The translations under genes and the position numbers were made by a program. DNA of 63,939 bases, counting the filler, from Octopus bimaculoides (taxonomy: Eukaryota): the NCBI RefSeq assembly GCF_001194135.2. It is 8 parts of 7 records of this genome, joined end to end, with 100 filler letters (N's around TTAATTAATTAA, not from the genome) between each part and the next. Parts side by side here need not be neighbours in the genome. Positions count along the whole stretch, not along the records: positions 11,952 to 16,975 come from NW_026312088.1; positions 17,076 to 38,934 come from NC_068987.1; 6 more parts are not named here. The stretch is one strand, 5' to 3'. Below, piece after piece: positions 11,852 through 24,269 of the stretch (position 1 is the stretch's first letter; each line of letters opens with the position of its first letter). The notes under the pieces were generated by a model. The model saw nothing but the letters and a program-made list of their open reading frames with translations, did no database searches and was not told the DNA's origin.

Positions 11852-12099
11852 NNNNNNNNNNNNNNNNNNNNNNNNNNNNNNNNNNNNNNNNNNNNTTAAT
11901 TAATTAANNNNNNNNNNNNNNNNNNNNNNNNNNNNNNNNNNNNNNNNNNNNTTTGTCTAGACAAATATAGAGTTACACCCTAAGTCAACCGTTTGTACGA
12001 ACGGAGTAGTATGGCTGAAAATCACATAGAAGTACCTATCGGTAGTACTTTCCGCCATTTTGCTTCAGATTTTGGTATCCTGATCAGAAACTTGGAGGG

Positions 12100-12407
12100 G
12101 TTCCCAGGGCTCCGACAATTATTGGTACTACTACCATCTTTTTCATCGAGCACAACTGCTTAACTTCCCAAGCTAACCTGTCATATCTATCGACTTTTCT
12201 TTCTTCCTTATCGCATACCTTGTTGTCAGCTGGGAACGCTATATCTATGATCCAGCATCGATTGCTTTCTTCTTCAATTAACAGTTATGCATAGCTTCCT
12301 ATTCTCTATCTCATGGTTACACTGAATCATAAAATCCCATAGGATCTTTGCATTATCATTTTCGATGATGCCTTCCGGTTTGCTGTCGTACCAATTTTTT
12401 GCTCTGT
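12100..12407 (-). mobile_element. R4/Dong-clade LINE fragment (same family as 31868-33288)
   Basis: Reverse complement aligns to about 32785-33090 (RAKNWYD...KILWDFMIQC...PIIVGALG). Its 5' junction abuts (TAA)n at 12408-12478. Confidence 0.88.
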
Positions 12408-12417
12408 ATTATTATTA

Positions 12418-12478
<61 letters not shown>

Positions 12479-12479
<1 letters not shown>

Positions 12480-13126
12480 CAGTAGTTTTATTTTCATAAC
12501 GTGCTTTCACTTCACTACCGAGCGCNNNNNNNNNNNNNNNNNNNNNNNNNNNNNNNNNNNNNNNNNNNNNNNNNNNNNNNNNNNNNNNNNNNNNNNNNNN
12601 NNNNNNNNNNNNNNNNNNNNNNNNNNNNNNNNNNNNNNNNNNNNNNNNNNNNNNNNNNNNNNNNNNNNNNNNNNNNNNNNNNNNNNNNNNNNNNNNNNNN
12701 NNNNNNNNNNNNNNNNNNNNNNNNNNNNNNNNNNNNNNNNNNNNNNNNNNNNNNNNNNNNNNNNNNNNNNNNNNNNNNNNNNNNNNNNNNNNNNNNNNNN
12801 NNNNNNNNNNNNNNNNNNNNNNNNNNNNNNNNNNNNNNNNNNNNNNNNNNNNNNNNNNNNNNNNNNNNNNNNNNNNNNNNNNNNNNNNNNNNNNNNNNNN
12901 NNNNNNTGCTGTGGTGCTCTTATGTTTACTGTATTGAAAGTGTTTTGCGTAGAATGTGTGCAGTACCCAGTAGTGCAATTTTCTGTATGTTATATATATT
13001 TGTAAGTACTGGTGTTTTTGTTATGTATTTGTCTGAATATTTTTTTATTATACCTAAGGCACCTACTATGATAGGAATTGTTTCTGTTTTTAGATTCCAC
13101 ATTCGAGTTATCTCTATTTCCAGGTC
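12479..13126 (-). mobile_element. R4/Dong-clade LINE 3' end, second subfamily (contains a gap)
   Basis: DLEIEITRMWNLKTETIPIIVGALGIIKKYSDKY...IQKIALLGTAHILRKTLSIQ*; (TAA)n at both junctions. Confidence 0.85.
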
Positions 13127-13181
<55 letters not shown>

Positions 13182-13183
<2 letters not shown>

Positions 13184-13395
13184 GGTAGCGAGCTGGCAGA
13201 ACCTTTCACGCGCCGTCCAAAATGTGGCGTTTTGACCGTTCTTGCGTTTTTACGTTCGGATTTGAAATTCCGCCGACTACGACTCGCCATTCATCCTTTC
13301 GGTGACGATAAAATAACCGCCAGTTAATCACTGATATCGATGCATTCGACTTGTTCCCTTCCTCTAGCATTGCTGGTCTTGTGCTAAAATCTGAA
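13182..13395 (+). mobile_element. SINE family B
   Basis: AAGGTAGCGAGCTGGCAGAA...TTCATCCTTTCGG...GATAAAATAA directly follows (ATT)n. Confidence 0.8.
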
Positions 13396-13660
13396 ACCGA
13401 TATGATTTGTATTTGAATTGTCTTACTGCTAAGGGAACGTTGGAAACGACCCAGTTGGAGGATGCCATTTACGAAATTAATACGAGTGTCACGTGTGACT
13501 GGTACTGTATCTGGTGACGTGATCCGTTAACAGGTATTTTCGTTAACGTACGCACTTATGGTCGTTAATTCCATCAACGATTCAATGGTCCAGTAATATA
13601 ATTTTAATGTGTTGCACTTTTATTGATGGCAGCAAAAAATAATTATATACAGGGATTTAT

Positions 13661-14615
13661 AGGCGCAGGAGTGGCTGTGTGGTAAGTAGCCTGTCCACCA
13701 ACCACATGGTTCCGGGTTCAGTCCCACTGCGTGGCACCTTGGGCTAGTGTCTTCTACTATAAGCCTCGGGCCGACCAAAGCCTTGTGAGTGGATTTGGTA
13801 GACGGAAACTGAAAGAAGCCTGTCGTATATATGTATATNNNNNNNNNNNNNNNNNNNNNNNNNNNNNNNNNNNNNNNNNNNNNNNNNNNNNNNNNNNNNN
13901 NNNNNNNNNNNNNNNNNNNNNNNNNNNNNNNNNNNNNNNNNNNNNNNNNNNNNNNNNNNNNNNNNNNNNNNNNNNNNNNNNNNNNNNNNNNNNNNNNNNN
14001 NNNNNNNNNNNNNNNNNNNNNNNNNNNNNNNNNNNNNNNNNNNNNNNNNNNNNNNNNNNNNNNNNNNNNNNNNNNNNNNNNNNNNNNNNNNNNNNNNNNN
14101 NNNNNNNNNNNNNNNNNNNNNNNNNNNNNNNNNNNNNNNNNNNNNNNNNNNNNNNNNNNNNNNNNNNNNNNNNNNNNNNNNNNNNNNNNNNNNNNNNNNN
14201 NNNNNNNNNNNNNNNNNNNNNNNNNNNNNNNNNNNNNNNNNNNNNNNNNNNNNNNNNNNNNNNNNNNNNNNNNNNNNNNNNNNNNNNNNNNNNNNNNNNN
14301 NNNNNNNNNNNNNNNNNNNNNNNNNNNNNNNNNNNNNNNNNNNNNNNNNNNNNNNNNNNNNNNNNNNTATATATATGTATGTGCGTGTATATGTTTGTGT
14401 GTCTGTGTTTGCCCCTCCCCCCAACATTGCTTGACAACCGATGCTGGTGTGTTTACGTCCCCGTAACTTAGCAGTTCGGCGAAAGAGACCGATAGAATAA
14501 GTACTAGGCTTACAAAGAATAAGTCCTGGGGTCGATTTGCTCGACTAAAGGCGGTGCGCCAGCATGGCCGCAGTCAAAGGACTGAAACAAGTAAAAGAGT
14601 AAAAGAGTAAAAGAG
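13661..14615 (+). mobile_element. SINE family A, young copy with gapped internal microsatellite
   Basis: GGCGCAGGAGTGGCTGTGTGGTAAG (box A) and GGTTCAGTCCC (box B), then CCTTGGGCTAGTG, a (TA)n gap at 13839-14367 and a (GTAAAAGA)n tail. Confidence 0.92.
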
Positions 14616-15221
14616 GGAGAGAATGGAAAACCACGTTGCATCAACAGACATTTCTTTGGAGTTATTGTGTGAATGTTTAGTTTGGTCTGTCGTAGTATCT
14701 TGAGATCTGTGCAAATGTCCCTGGCGAATGTAGAGGTGCATTTTGTTAAGCAGCCATTAACACTCTGACTGGCAAAAGGTGAACCGTATCAATGAGTTGT
14801 CTGTTTAGAAATCTCTGCAAAGAGTTGGTGAAAAGGGGTTTATAAGGCACAACATGAAGATCACAGAAAATTCAATCACGGGTTGGCTTAACGCTGATTC
14901 ACGATTTAATAGACCGATCACGTGAAACAATTGCTGTTTGGTCACGATGTACCTACAAATTCGGTTTCAAGTCCCCGCTACAAATGCTTGCTATGTGGTA
15001 TGTTGATCACATATGTATAATGCATTGTTAGTTAAAGTTAAGGCGGAATGAATGATCATGTCTCCTGAATTATTCCGAGTGTTGTTGGGAATGGCGGCAA
15101 TTATGTCTAATCGATATTTAGAGGGGAACGTTTGGATTGACACAAACTAAACTCTATGGCTAATTACATAGTCTATTGCAGGTATGGTATTATTTGTGAA
15201 GTGCAATCAATATTTTCCCTT

Positions 15222-15440
15222 TTATCTTTTATATTTTATTTGCTTTCGTCATTAGACTGCGACTACGAAGAATTTCTCACTCGAATGGATTGACCCCCAT
15301 CACTTATTTTGCGTAAGCCTGGTAATTATTCTACGGGTTTCTTTTGCCGAACTGTTAAGTCTCGAGAACATACAAAGCAAAATGACGTCAGTTTTTAAGC
15401 GGTGGTGGGGAAGACACAAGGACACAAATACTCTCTAACA
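15222..15440 (-). mobile_element. SINE family A, 3' fragment
   Basis: TTTATCTTTT...GTCATTAGACTGCG...CTTTTGCCGAACTG. Confidence 0.65.
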
Positions 15441-15464
15441 AACAGGCATATCTCTGCATGGTAC

Positions 15465-15528
<64 letters not shown>

Positions 15529-15530
15529 CT

Positions 15531-15566
<36 letters not shown>

Positions 15567-16263
15567 NNNNNNNNNNNNNNNNNNNNNNNNNNNNNNNNNN
15601 NNNNNNNNNNNNNNNNNNNNNNNNNNNNNNNNNNNNNNNNNNNNNNNNNNNNNNNNNNNNNNNNNNNNNNNNNNNNNNNNNNNNNNNNNNNNNNNNNNNN
15701 NNNNNNNNNNNNNNNNNNNNNNNNNNNNNNNNNNNNNNNNNNNNNNNNNNNNNNNNNNNNNNNNNNNNNNNNNNNNNNNNNNNNNNNNNNNNNNNNNNNN
15801 NNNNNNNNNNNNNNNNNNNNNNNNNNNNNNNNNNNNNNNNNNNNNNNNNNNNNNNNNNNNNNNNNNNNNNNNNNNNNNNNNNNNNNNNNNNNNNNNNNNN
15901 NNNNNNNNNNNNNNNNNNNNNNNNNNNNNNNNNNNNNNNNNNNNNNNNNNNNNNNNNNNNNNNNNNNNNNNNNNNNNNNNNNNNNNNNNNNNNNNNNNNN
16001 NNNNNNNNNNNNNNNNNNNNNNNNNNNNNNNNNNNNNNNNNNNNNNNNNNNNNNNNNNNNNNNNNNNNNNNNNNNNNNNNNNNNNNNNNNNNNNNNNNNN
16101 NNNNNNNNNNNNNNNNNNNNNNNNNNNNNNNNNNNNNNNNNNNNNNNNNNNNNNNNNNNNNNNNNNNNNNNNNNNNNNNNNNNNNNNNNNNNNNNNNNNN
16201 NNNNNNNNNNNNNNNNNNNNNNNNNNNNNNNNNNNNNNNNNNNNNNNNNNNNNNNNNNNNNNN

Positions 16264-16427
16264 AAGACATTATAGATCTTTGGCTGGGCTAAAAAGTCAC
16301 ATTCGATCACAGCACCGTTAACAGCTAAGCCTCGTGCAATGGCCATACTCGATAACGAGTGGGTAGCCATCATGTATGTATGTATGAATGTATGTATGCA
16401 TGTATGTATGTATGTATGTATGTATGT
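16264..16427 (+). mobile_element. RTE-like LINE 3' end with (TATG)n tail
   Basis: RHYRSLAGLKSHIRSQHR* (C-terminal zinc-finger remnant), a short UTR with hairpin ACTCG-ATAA-CGAGT, then (TATG)n. Confidence 0.65.
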
Positions 16428-16572
16428 ATGTATCTATCTATCTATCTGTCTATCCATCTATATATCTCTCTCTATATATATATATTTAGAGAGACAGAGA
16501 GAGAAAGAGAGAAACAGATAGATAGATACTTACATACATACATATATACACACATACATGCATACATGCATG

Positions 16573-16604
<32 letters not shown>

Positions 16605-17075
16605 ACATACATACACGTACAAAATCGACTTTACGGATATTGATTGTCCGAAACGACTTATTGTCCACATTAATTTAAACTGATGTCCAGGCACTTGTAA
16701 CTCATTTACTTATTTAAGTAAATTAATTAGTTGTTTAATTTAGAGTGTGTTGTCCAGGATGACCAACACCATTCCTTTAAAAGATCAGTAACGTGAAAAG
16801 ACCGCAGTTGCATAAATTTGAATCTCAATAAGAAATTTGCAAACGTCCTCACCAAAATAGTTACACGGGACAAACAACAGCGACATACGCTCATCGGTTA
16901 ACTATGCATTTGCAGTAAGAAGCCAGAATGAGACATAACAGAGATCAAGAGAATAAGGGAGGGTGAAAAAAAAAANNNNNNNNNNNNNNNNNNNNNNNNN
17001 NNNNNNNNNNNNNNNNNNNTTAATTAATTAANNNNNNNNNNNNNNNNNNNNNNNNNNNNNNNNNNNNNNNNNNNN

Positions 17076-17210
17076 TGGGTTAGTGGTTAGGGTGTTATCA
17101 TCATGATCGTAAGATTGTGGTTTCGATTCCTGGACAGGGCGACGCGTTGTGCTCTTGAGCAAAACACTTTCATTTCACGCTGCTCCAGTCCACTCAGCTG
17201 GCAAAAAAAG
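17076..17210 (+). mobile_element. tRNA-derived SINE head (another family)
   Basis: TAGTGGTTAGGG (box A-like), GGTTTCGATTCCT (box B), then TTGAGCAAAACAC. Confidence 0.65.
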
Positions 17211-18360
17211 ATTCTGCTGATTGGTCACGCAGTTTGAAATTAACGATTGCATTTCTGTGCTCTATCATCTTCTCTCTGTTGGGCCTCAGTCGGTCAGTGT
17301 CAACGTTGCGTCTAAACATATGTATGCAGACCTGGGAAAACTTAGCACGATACAAATTGGCACCAGCATCGTGGAAGGCGTTGCTGTAGGAACGCAAAAG
17401 GCCAGGACAGATACCACAAAGCAATTCATCTGATCCTTTGACATTTTCACCAATCTGCTACACAGCATTGGTATTTCATGTTTCAATATCTGAATGGATA
17501 AAAAGTGAAGTTGATCTTAGCGGATTGGAACTCATAGCTTTAAGGATTTAAATTATTCCTTATTTATTTTATTATTCATTGATTTTTAAAGTGCTGATCA
17601 AGTGTGTTACAGTATAGCAGCTTATTTTAAGCAAACTGGTATTAAGGATTTTCTTGTAATTTTTATCCAGGAAAAAGTTTTTTCTTTCTAGTTTGAGAAA
17701 TGTTTCCCCTATCGGCATACTTAGATTTCTCGCAAATAGACTTTCTGCTTCTCTTCATCCTACCCGGATGTGTTCTAAAAGATTAATGGTTTGCTCGAAA
17801 CCACTAGATGCAGGAGCATTGTTGTGGAAGCTAGCTACCTTATTCACTGACATTTTCATCATATCAAATTATCGAAATTCGCTTGCTCAGGTTATTGTTG
17901 TCCATGGATAACATTGGTTCATTAAGTTTAATGCATAGCTGAAATTATCTATTATTACAGCTGAATGTTATAGTTAAGAAATGAACTACATTAAGGTTAA
18001 TAATTTTATAATTCTTAGGTTCGTTATTAAATCGTTTTATTAGGACCTTACTTAAAATATCCACCTGCTGTCAGCTTATACTATTGCAGTTCATCAGATC
18101 ACCATATCTAAAGTTATATTAATATAAATGTAATGATATTTATATATAAAAATGATTACATTAAACATTAACTGAATGAAGAACTCACTGCCAGAAGTAA
18201 AGTTAATTATATTCTTTGAAAGTGATAGTGAATTCAAAGCTTCGCTAAAAAATGGCGTTTCAAACTTTTAAACTGATTGTCAGTTATACAATGTACCTAC
18301 CTACCTACCTACCTACCTACCTACCTACCTACTTACCAACATACATACATACATACATAC

Positions 18361-18541
18361 ATGGTGGTTGTCTACTCCTTAAACAGAGTTTGACCACCTC
18401 CTGCACCTACACCTTAGCCCTTTCATGGCGTCTGATGTGGCTTTTTAAACCAGACAGTGTTTTGAAAAAACACCCACACAGATTGCACCTCTGATTTGCA
18501 CTACCAATACCTGCAAGTAAGTTCTGCTCACTGTGGATTCT
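18361..18541 (-). mobile_element. RTE-like LINE 3' end inside (TACA)n; repeated across a gap at about 18901-19081
   Basis: QRCNLCGCFFKTLSGLKSHIRRHERAKV* C2H2-like end; (TACA)n on both sides. Confidence 0.7.
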
Positions 18542-19354
18542 AACATACATACATACATACATCCGATCTATTAGTGACACAGTGAAGATTTGNNNNNNNN
18601 NNNNNNNNNNNNNNNNNNNNNNNNNNNNNNNNNNNNNNNNNNNNNNNNNNNNNNNNNNNNNNNNNNNNNNNNNNNNNNNNNNNNNNNNNNNNNNNNNNNN
18701 NNNNNNNNNNNNNNNNNNNNNNNNNNNNNNNNNNNNNNNNNNNNNNNNNNNNNNNNNNNNNNNNNNNNNNNNNNNNNNNNNNNNNNNNNNNNNNNNNNNN
18801 NNNNNNNNNNNNNNNNNNNNNNNNNNNNNNNNNNNNNNNNNNNNNNNNNNNNACCTACCTACCTACCTACCTACTTACCAACATACATACATACATACAT
18901 ACATGGTGGTTGTCTACTCCTTAAACAGAGTTTGACCACCTCCTGCACCTACACCTTAGCCCTTTCATGGCGTCTGATGTGGCTTTTTAAACCAGACAGT
19001 GTTTTGAAAAAACACCCACACAGATTGCACCTCTGATTTGCACTACCAATACCTGCAAGTAAGTTCTGCTCACTGTGGATTCTAACATACATACATACAT
19101 ACATCCGATCTATTAGTGACACAGTGAAGATTTGTAACACACCCAAAATTCTCCATCTGAGATATTTATGTGAATATACCTAAGTGTATGCGTTGACAAT
19201 TTAATCAACACATCAAAACAAATAAATATTTACAAACACTGGGAACTGTCCTAACTCAAAATGTCTTGTCACTTTGTTAGCAACCGGCTTGAACTCTCTC
19301 AAGAAGAACTTAAATTAAACTAAAAAAAAAAAATCATACATATATACATACATG

Positions 19355-19388
<34 letters not shown>

Positions 19389-20030
19389 NNNNNNNNNNNN
19401 NNNNNNNNNNNNNNNNNNNNNNNNNNNNNNNNNNNNNNNNNNNNNNNNNNNNNNNNNNNNNNNNNNNNNNNNNNNNNNNNNNNNNNNNNNNNNNNNNNNN
19501 NNNNNNNNNNNNNNNNNNNNNNNNNNNNNNNNNNNNNNNNNNNNNNNNNNNNNNNNNNNNNNNNNNNNNNNNNNNNNNNNNNNNNNNNNNNNNNNNNNNN
19601 NNNNNNNNNNNNNNNNNNNNNNNNNNNNNNNNNNNNNNNNNNNNNNNNNNNNNNNNNNNNNNNNNNNNNNNNNNNNNNNNNNNNNNNNNNNNNNNNNNNN
19701 NNNNNNNNNNNNNNNNNNNNNNNNNNNNNNNNNNNNNNNNNNNNNNNNNNNNNNNNNNNNNNNNNNNNNNNNNNNNNNNNNNNNNNNNNNNNNNNNNNNN
19801 NNNNNNNNNNNNNNNNNNNNNNNNNNNNNNNNNNNNNNNNNNNNNNNNNNNNNNNNNNNNNNNNNNNNNNNNNNNNNNNNNNNNNNNNNNNNNNNNNNNA
19901 AGTGTTGAAGTGAATCTAACGGTTTTTGTGTGCTATTTTAAATAGCTTATAAACACCTTCCACGCTGCAATTGTTTTCGTTCCAGCACACGATCTCAGAT
20001 CAGGTCACTTGCTATGCAAGTACATCTCCG

Positions 20031-20068
<38 letters not shown>

Positions 20069-20370
20069 TAAAGTTTATTTGCCAACATAATGTAGCAGTC
20101 TTATACAAGGACGATCGATGTTACTGTCTTTTAACCCCAGGAAAACATCTTTTCCAGTTGGCTACTGACACACAGCTTGTGCACGTATAGTATATGCAAG
20201 GGAGGCCATCGCTCCCATCTCTAGCATTACGTGATACTCACAGACCTAGGTGTCTGGGTGGTTACTCTTCCTCAGTGTGAGATATTCACCGGCTATTGAT
20301 GAAGGCTCTCCCCACTTGCAAACACTATATACTTTATATACTTCTAAGTGACACACTGTCGGTGATCTCG

Positions 20371-20469
20371 TAAAGAGAACAGCAACTTGTTTTAAATCTC
20401 TGAGCGAGGGATATGCCGTAACAGCACCATATTAGTCGCTCAGAGATTTAAAATAAGTTGTTTTTCTCT

Positions 20470-20472
<3 letters not shown>
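20371..20472 (+). repeat. 37-bp-stem hairpin
   Basis: 20371-20407 pairs with 20436-20472: 34 Watson-Crick pairs, 2 G-U and 1 mismatch; 28-nt loop. Confidence 0.9.
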
Positions 20473-20512
<40 letters not shown>

Positions 20513-20751
20513 TATATATATATACACGGTCTCACAATGCTTAAGTGAAATGCACACATACGGCGCGCGTGTGAATGTGGTTTGCTATTAATGTAAGTAT
20601 GTGTACGAGCTATGACCTTTTGTTTACATCTTCGTCTGATCCATTATACTCCAAAGTTCACTGTGGGTTTATACTAATACACATATAATCCTAAGTTGTA
20701 TTTGCAGAGGTTATTGTACCCATTGTTGTATAATTGATCTCTGTGAGCGTT

Positions 20752-21163
20752 TACTCTTTTACTCTTTTACTTGCTTCAGTCATTTGACTGTGGCCATGCT
20801 GGAGCACCGCCTTTAGTCGAGCAAATCGATCCCAGGACTTATTCTTTGGAAGCCTAGTACTTATTCTATCGGTCTCTTTTGCCGAACCGCTAAGTTACGG
20901 GGACGTAAACACACCAGCATCGGTTGTCAAGCGACGTTTGGGGGCGGACATACACACAAACATATACACACACACATACATATATACATATACATATATA
21001 CGACGGGCTTCTTACAGTTTCCGTCAACCAAATCCACTCACAAGGCTTTGGTCGGCCCGAGGCTATAGTAGAAAACACTTGCCCAAGGTGCCACGCAGTG
21101 GGAATGACCCCGGAACCATGTGGTTGGTAAGCAAGCTACTTACCACACAGTCACTCCTGCGCC
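20752..21163 (-). mobile_element. SINE family A, complete ungapped copy
   Basis: Head, (CA/TA) centre at about 20950-21001 and (ACTCTTTT)n tail all present. Confidence 0.93.
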
Positions 21164-21426
21164 TGTTTGAAAGTAAATAAGTACTATCATAATAGTTATG
21201 TAACTTTATTTCACTGTATGTAAGAGTATACGATCGTCCATGTTTGTTTATTTAGGGAAAATCCTGTTGTAATTGTATGTATAAATTCGTGTCCATCCAT
21301 CCATCCATCCATCCATCCATCCATTCATCCATCTATACCTAATCTATGAGCATACACATACATACATATATACATACATACATACATACATACATACATA
21401 CATACATACATACATGCATACATACA

Positions 21427-22600
21427 TTCATTCTGTTCAGTTTGGCATTAAACCATTATCATTTCTGCTGCAAAAATTAAATGGTTACATGCTAATGTCT
21501 GCAACTGCTTGAGATATTAATGTAACCCGTTACTTCTTTGTGCATGAATTCGTGATTTATGCTAAAAATATTAACAATGTCAAAAAAGCAGCTAGAACTA
21601 ATAACATTTTCTGCTGACATACGAATGGAATTTAGCCAAAAAATATTCATATTTGATTGTTGAACGGAGAAATAAGTCCCCCGACACAAAACTTGTGCAT
21701 CAATGGTCTCACTATCTCTCCTCTCTCACACAAAGAATGCTACAAATACCTATGCATTGATGAAAACATCTCGTACGAAAATAATGTAAATAAAAACAGA
21801 GTAACCGAGAATATTGCAAAACATGGTAGTCGTCGCTCTCCTCTTACAGCAAAACAATATCCCACAATGCATTTGCAGTACCAATGATGATTCCAGCATT
21901 TGAGTTTCTTGGCTTGCGTGTAGAGGAAATCTACTCCATAGATGTTAAAACCTGTATGATACTGATATCAACTGGAAATCTTCACAGAACTAGTGATATC
22001 GACAGGTTCTCCCTAAGAAGAGAAGAAGGAGGTAGAGGCTTGAAATCAGTGCAGACAGCCTTCGAATGCCGTGTAGTCTCTCTCAGACTGCATTTGCTAA
22101 ACAACAGCAAAAGTAAATACATTAACTGCGTGATGATAAGTGAAGAGAACAAAATCCTACATGTCGGCAGCGAAGCACTCTCTTCCCGATGACCTCCCAG
22201 ACTAACACCTCAAGAAAGACCTGGGTGTGAAACGCTCAGCATACCGAAAAAGACCATGCATGGGTATATTTCCTGAAAACTTGAAAAAAGACAGTAATAT
22301 CGACATGAAACGAAGCCTTTCTTGGTCTTGTGACTATTACATCATATCACACTTGAAAGGCTATACATTAGCAATCGGAAAACAGGAGATTGCTATGAAA
22401 TACCTAATAATAATAAAAAAGAGACAGCGAAGCCTTTGAAGGCTCAAGATAATCTGGATAAGCTAGGATTTTTAGAAAAAGGAATCAACCAAGTTGTACA
22501 GTAGAATACAATCCTTATCCTTAAGTAGAACAATAAAAATATGCAGGACTTTTCTCAAGTTTAAAATATTACATCGTTTAAAATCTACATTCCAACGTTG
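21427..22600 (+). pseudogene. R4-clade LINE RT/C-terminal fragment, old third subfamily with internal deletion
   Basis: KPLSFLL, FFVHEFVIYAK (decayed F-x-DD), IRMEF, YKYLCIDE, DIDRFSLRREEGGRGLKSV, RTIKICRTFLKF. Confidence 0.75.
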
Positions 22601-22971
22601 GAGATCTATATGTTTGTTAGAAACCATCCCTTTTCTCAGAGGAAGAATTTAAATAATTAAAAACAGAACAGAACTCCATCCATTTATCCCTCCCCCTCCC
22701 TCTCTTCCNNNNNNNNNNNNNNNNNNNNNNNNNNNNNNNNNNNNNNNNNNNNNNNNNNNNNNNNNNNNNNNNNNNNNNNNNNNNNNNNNNNNNNNNNNNN
22801 NNNNNTACATACATACATACATACATACATACATACATACATACATACATACATGTACATGTAGGAACTTTAATATAAACTTGTGTTTATCCTTAGAATG
22901 AACACAAACACGTATAAATGAGGGATTTATAGACGATATACATACATACAAAGATACATACAAAAAACAAA

Positions 22972-23015
<44 letters not shown>

Positions 23016-24269
23016 CGCGCGCGTGTGTGTACGTTATTGATTTATTTGGTTTCGCCTTTAACTGATTATTCAAGACGACTGTTGGGTCCTTGTCAGATCA
23101 ATTTTACTAATAAGTTTTACTCTGCTAAACGTATACAACCTTAGCAAATGACTTATTCTCTATAAGCTGATCAACAATACCAAATATGTATGTACGTATA
23201 TAGATACATATATGCTCATGTACGTCTCCATCTATATGAAGGTGTATGTGTGCTTATGTGTGCATATGTTAATATGCGTGTATGCGTGTGTATAAGGTGC
23301 ATATGAGTACGTATCATGTACCTTTGTAATATATGGGTTACGAGATTAACTGAATTTATTGATAATACATACGACTCTGGTAAACAAGCAAAATTATTGA
23401 TGTTATCATGCTGAAGAGAGTAATACTACTTCGTAAATCAGAAATAGCTGAAAGCACTCTGCTGACTTCAGTGGTTTATGGTTTATGAAAAAGAAACAAA
23501 TGTGAACAACGACAACAGCAATAACAACACCGTTAAGAGGCAACAGCAGGGGGTACAATAATAAGAACACAAATCAATTTGCAATAACAAATGAAAATAA
23601 TAATAATAATGGTAAAATTAATCAATAAACTAACACTATTGAAAAACGTGAACAAGAATATAACGATTTTCATACGGGAAACGTTCAGTAAGAGAATCGT
23701 TATATGGTGGCTATAGGCAGTGCGGTTAGAGCGTCCAAAACTATGCTTTGCAGTATCTGTTCTGACTGTGTACATTCTGAGCTTAAAATCCCACCTGGGT
23801 CACCTTTGCTTTTCATCTTTTTGAAGTTCAAATCCACCCCACCGTTTAGCTTTATTTTCTATTCTTACAAAGTCGTTAAAACAAATTACCATTAACATAG
23901 CGGAAACGATTTTAATATAATTTCTCTCACCCAAAATATGTGACCGTTGTTGCAACATTTTCAACTTAATTACTAAAACCACCACCACCACCCCTCCCCC
24001 TCCTACTCTATCATTATCATAATTCCCACCACAACTGCTAACATCATCATCATCAACAACAACAGCACACTCTCTAGTTCGGCATAGTATAATATTTCTG
24101 AATACTAAAAGGGCGCACATTTTGGGTAAGGGAGCAATCGATTTAAAAGCGATCCTTTTCATAAATGGTATTTTATTTCATCGAACTTAAAAAGATGAAG
24201 AGTAAAGTTGACCGGAGCAAGATTTGAATTCAGAACGTAGGCAGTCATTACTAAATATCGATTTCAAAT

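Noticed and set aside
6600-17200. tRNA genes at SINE heads (6620-6696, 13661-13735, 17076-17140)
   Set aside because: A and B boxes are present, but there is no complete cloverleaf and each continues into a SINE body.
18293-19135. Identical segments of about 285 bp on either side of the gap 18593-18852
   Set aside because: Perfect identity at both contig ends suggests an unmerged overlap; a real tandem duplication cannot be claimed without long reads.
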